A stretch of 46,550 nucleotides of DNA from UHGV virus genome UHGV-0289467; one strand, 5' to 3'. Under the pieces are notes generated by a model, which saw only the letters and a program-made list of their open reading frames with translations, had not been told where the DNA came from and did not search any database. Of the stretch, positions 45,471 through 46,550 are shown piece by piece. The DNA comes from a virus. Made by a program: the position numbers and the translations under genes. Position 1 is the stretch's first letter; the number at the start of each line of letters is the position of its first letter.

Positions 45471-46289
45471 TCACGGAAGATAAGCGTCATCCTCAAACCA
45501 CGAAACGTAAGCATTGATATTTTGCGCCGCAGTATCCAGCGATGTGATGCGTAACAGATAGGTGGTATTGGGCGCCATGATGACCTGCTCACCAAGTTTT
45601 GCCTGTGAATTACCCTGCCCCTGGTTTGATGCGTTCCCTTCACTATACGTCGCGGCCGCCGTCAGCTGACCAATACTTGTCACCGTAGAGCCAGTCAGAA
45701 GCTGCGCTGTTGCAGTATGCGGTGCGATGTCATTTGGGTTATTAATCTCCGCAGCGGTGCCTCCTGTTGCTACAGCTCCACGGTAAATTGACGCTACGAC
45801 ACCTTTCCCGGTGTAGCCAATGATACGCTGGTTAAAAACGACCTGTTTTGACCCGGTAATAAAAATACTGTCAAGGTTAGCCCCGCCAGCGACATCAGTC
45901 ACGCGACGAGATGCATTGAATAGCTTTCCCTGCTTATTGGCAAGCTCAGTATAGGGCTGAGCGACGACCTGACTTGATGGCACTGAGGTGTCAGCTCGCC
46001 ACACCAGGACTTTCAGGGATGCAACGCCGACAGGGAGCTGTGACTTTATCACTTTCAGTCGCAGTGCCACACCATAATAATTATTATTGTTGACATCAAT
46101 CCAGAAGTCACCAGATGCAAAAGGCGACACCATTATGGAAACAGATCCGCTTGTTAATGGTGCGTGACCGCCGGAAGAGTTTAATGGCACAATCTGCACC
46201 TGCAATGCAGTCCAGTCTGCTGACATGGTTTCGCTAAGCAAAACCTCTCCGTCAGCCGGAGTTGTGTTTATTTCGTACCTGACAGCCAT
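45471..46289 (-). CDS. hypothetical beta-rich structural protein
   Basis: 272 aa from GGGGG-supported ATG; Thr/Ser/Gly/Val-rich, no TM; lies in the late structural region. Confidence 0.4.
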   Translation of the reverse strand: MAVRYEINTTPADGEVLLSETMSADWTALQVQIVPLNSSGGHAPLTSGSVSIMVSPFASGDFWIDVNNNNYYGVALRLKVIKSQLPVGVASLKVLVWRADTSVPSSQVVAQPYTELANKQGKLFNASRRVTDVAGGANLDSIFITGSKQVVFNQRIIGYTGKGVVASIYRGAVATGGTAAEINNPNDIAPHTATAQLLTGSTVTSIGQLTAAATYSEGNASNQGQGNSQAKLGEQVIMAPNTTYLLRITSLDTAAQNINAYVSWFEDDAYLP

Positions 46290-46298
46290 GATAACCCC

Positions 46299-46332
46299 CA
46301 ATAAAAAACCCGCTTGTTTGCGGGTTTATTTT
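46299..46332. terminator. rho-independent terminator
   Basis: AAAAAACCCGCttgttGCGGGTTTATTTT. Confidence 0.6.
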
Positions 46333-46525
46333 ACTTGGTTTTCTTCGCCTTTGGCTGCGATTCTTGCGGAGTTGCAACTTCCAGAATTTTCTCACTAACC
46401 GGGCGAAGCTTTGACTCAATGTGCGGAGTGGATTCGTCAATCACGTCGCCAATGGCAAGCTCGCGCAGACGACCGCCTTTATCCTTGACGAAGATTCCGC
46501 TGGCGATTACTTCATATTTAGCCAT
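46331..46525 (-). CDS. hypothetical small protein
   Basis: 64 aa with Lys-rich C-terminus, followed by terminator. Confidence 0.35.
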   Translation of the reverse strand: MAKYEVIASGIFVKDKGGRLRELAIGDVIDESTPHIESKLRPVSEKILEVATPQESQPKAKKTK

Positions 46526-46550
46526 GATAACCTCTGATAGTTAAAAGGGG

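Noticed and set aside
1-46550. Searched for a CRISPR array, integrase, CI/Cro-type repressor, Dam methyltransferase (DPPY motif), DNA polymerase, and toxin-antitoxin pairs
   Set aside because: No direct-repeat/spacer arrays, no tyrosine- or serine-recombinase signatures and no DPPY/NPPY methylase motif were seen. Hence the phage is judged virulent and dependent on the host replicase.

Overview
This window looks like most of the genome of a virulent, tailed dsDNA siphovirus of an enterobacterial host. The closest organisational match is a T1-like (Drexlerviridae-like) phage; no integrase, CI-like repressor or DNA polymerase gene is visible. Calling it T1-like, and guessing an encapsulated host from the tail spike, are inferences from gene content and order only.

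Layout of the window:
- **Head and packaging genes (minus strand).** Major capsid at 18..1106, a putative decoration protein, a scaffold/protease-like protein, a minor head protein, portal (11154..12596), large terminase (14361..16895) and small terminase (16980..17396).
- **Intein in the large terminase.** The large terminase is split exactly inside its Walker A P-loop (GGRG|C...HN|SGKT) by a 363-aa intein (15534..16622) that carries LAGLIDADG homing-endonuclease motifs.
- **Lysis cassette (7481..8626, minus).** GH24 lysozyme, holin, and Rz with Rz1 embedded in it.
- **Replication and recombination block (19874..28196, plus).**
  - Replication genes: Zn-ribbon/TOPRIM primase (minus strand, embedded in this block), SF2 helicase and SSB with the canonical DDDIPF tail.
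  - Recombination and nuclease genes: VRR-NUC nuclease, PD-(D/E)XK exonuclease and an Erf-family single-strand annealing protein.
- **Lambda-like tail module (28711..40851, minus).** Tail spike with a beta-helix depolymerase-like body, J-, K-, L/M-like tail-tip proteins, tape measure, chaperone and an Ig-domain major tail protein.
- **Two tRNA genes (40943..41100).** tRNA-Arg(UCU) and a CAU-anticodon tRNA, apparently with their own promoter.
- **Head-tail connector genes (41101..43021, minus).**

Observations that the annotation above does not explain:
- **Beta-clamp-like gene.** A 178-aa ORF (44651..45187) aligns by eye to domains II-III of the DnaN beta sliding clamp. It sits in a small plus-strand island beside a ParB-N-domain nuclease-like gene.
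- **In-frame stop codons.** Three plus-strand ORFs, all in accessory islands or homing-endonuclease genes, are each interrupted by a single in-frame stop while coding-like sequence continues in the same frame. The stops are TGA at 43321, TAA at 28324 and TAA at 34308.
- **Repeated promoter module.** An exact 13-mer TGACGTAGATTGA occurs four times, with close variants at five more intergenic sites. It appears to combine a TTGACG -35 element with a TAGATT -10-like hexamer. Twice it is paired with a conserved TTTTATCATAA block, and in other places it is bracketed by operator-like inverted repeats.
- **Homing endonucleases.** Three HNH+AP2 homing-endonuclease genes (one carrying one of the in-frame stops) plus an AP2-only gene are scattered across different modules.
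- **Islands inside conserved modules.** Small promoter- and terminator-bounded plus-strand islands are inserted inside the otherwise conserved minus-strand structural modules (8726..10216, 13618..14329, 38944..40074, 43252..45441).

All coordinates come from reading the sequence and the supplied ORF track. Homology statements are recognition of motifs and domain signatures by eye, not database hits. Gene starts were adjusted where an RBS-supported ATG lies inside a longer GTG/TTG-extended ORF.
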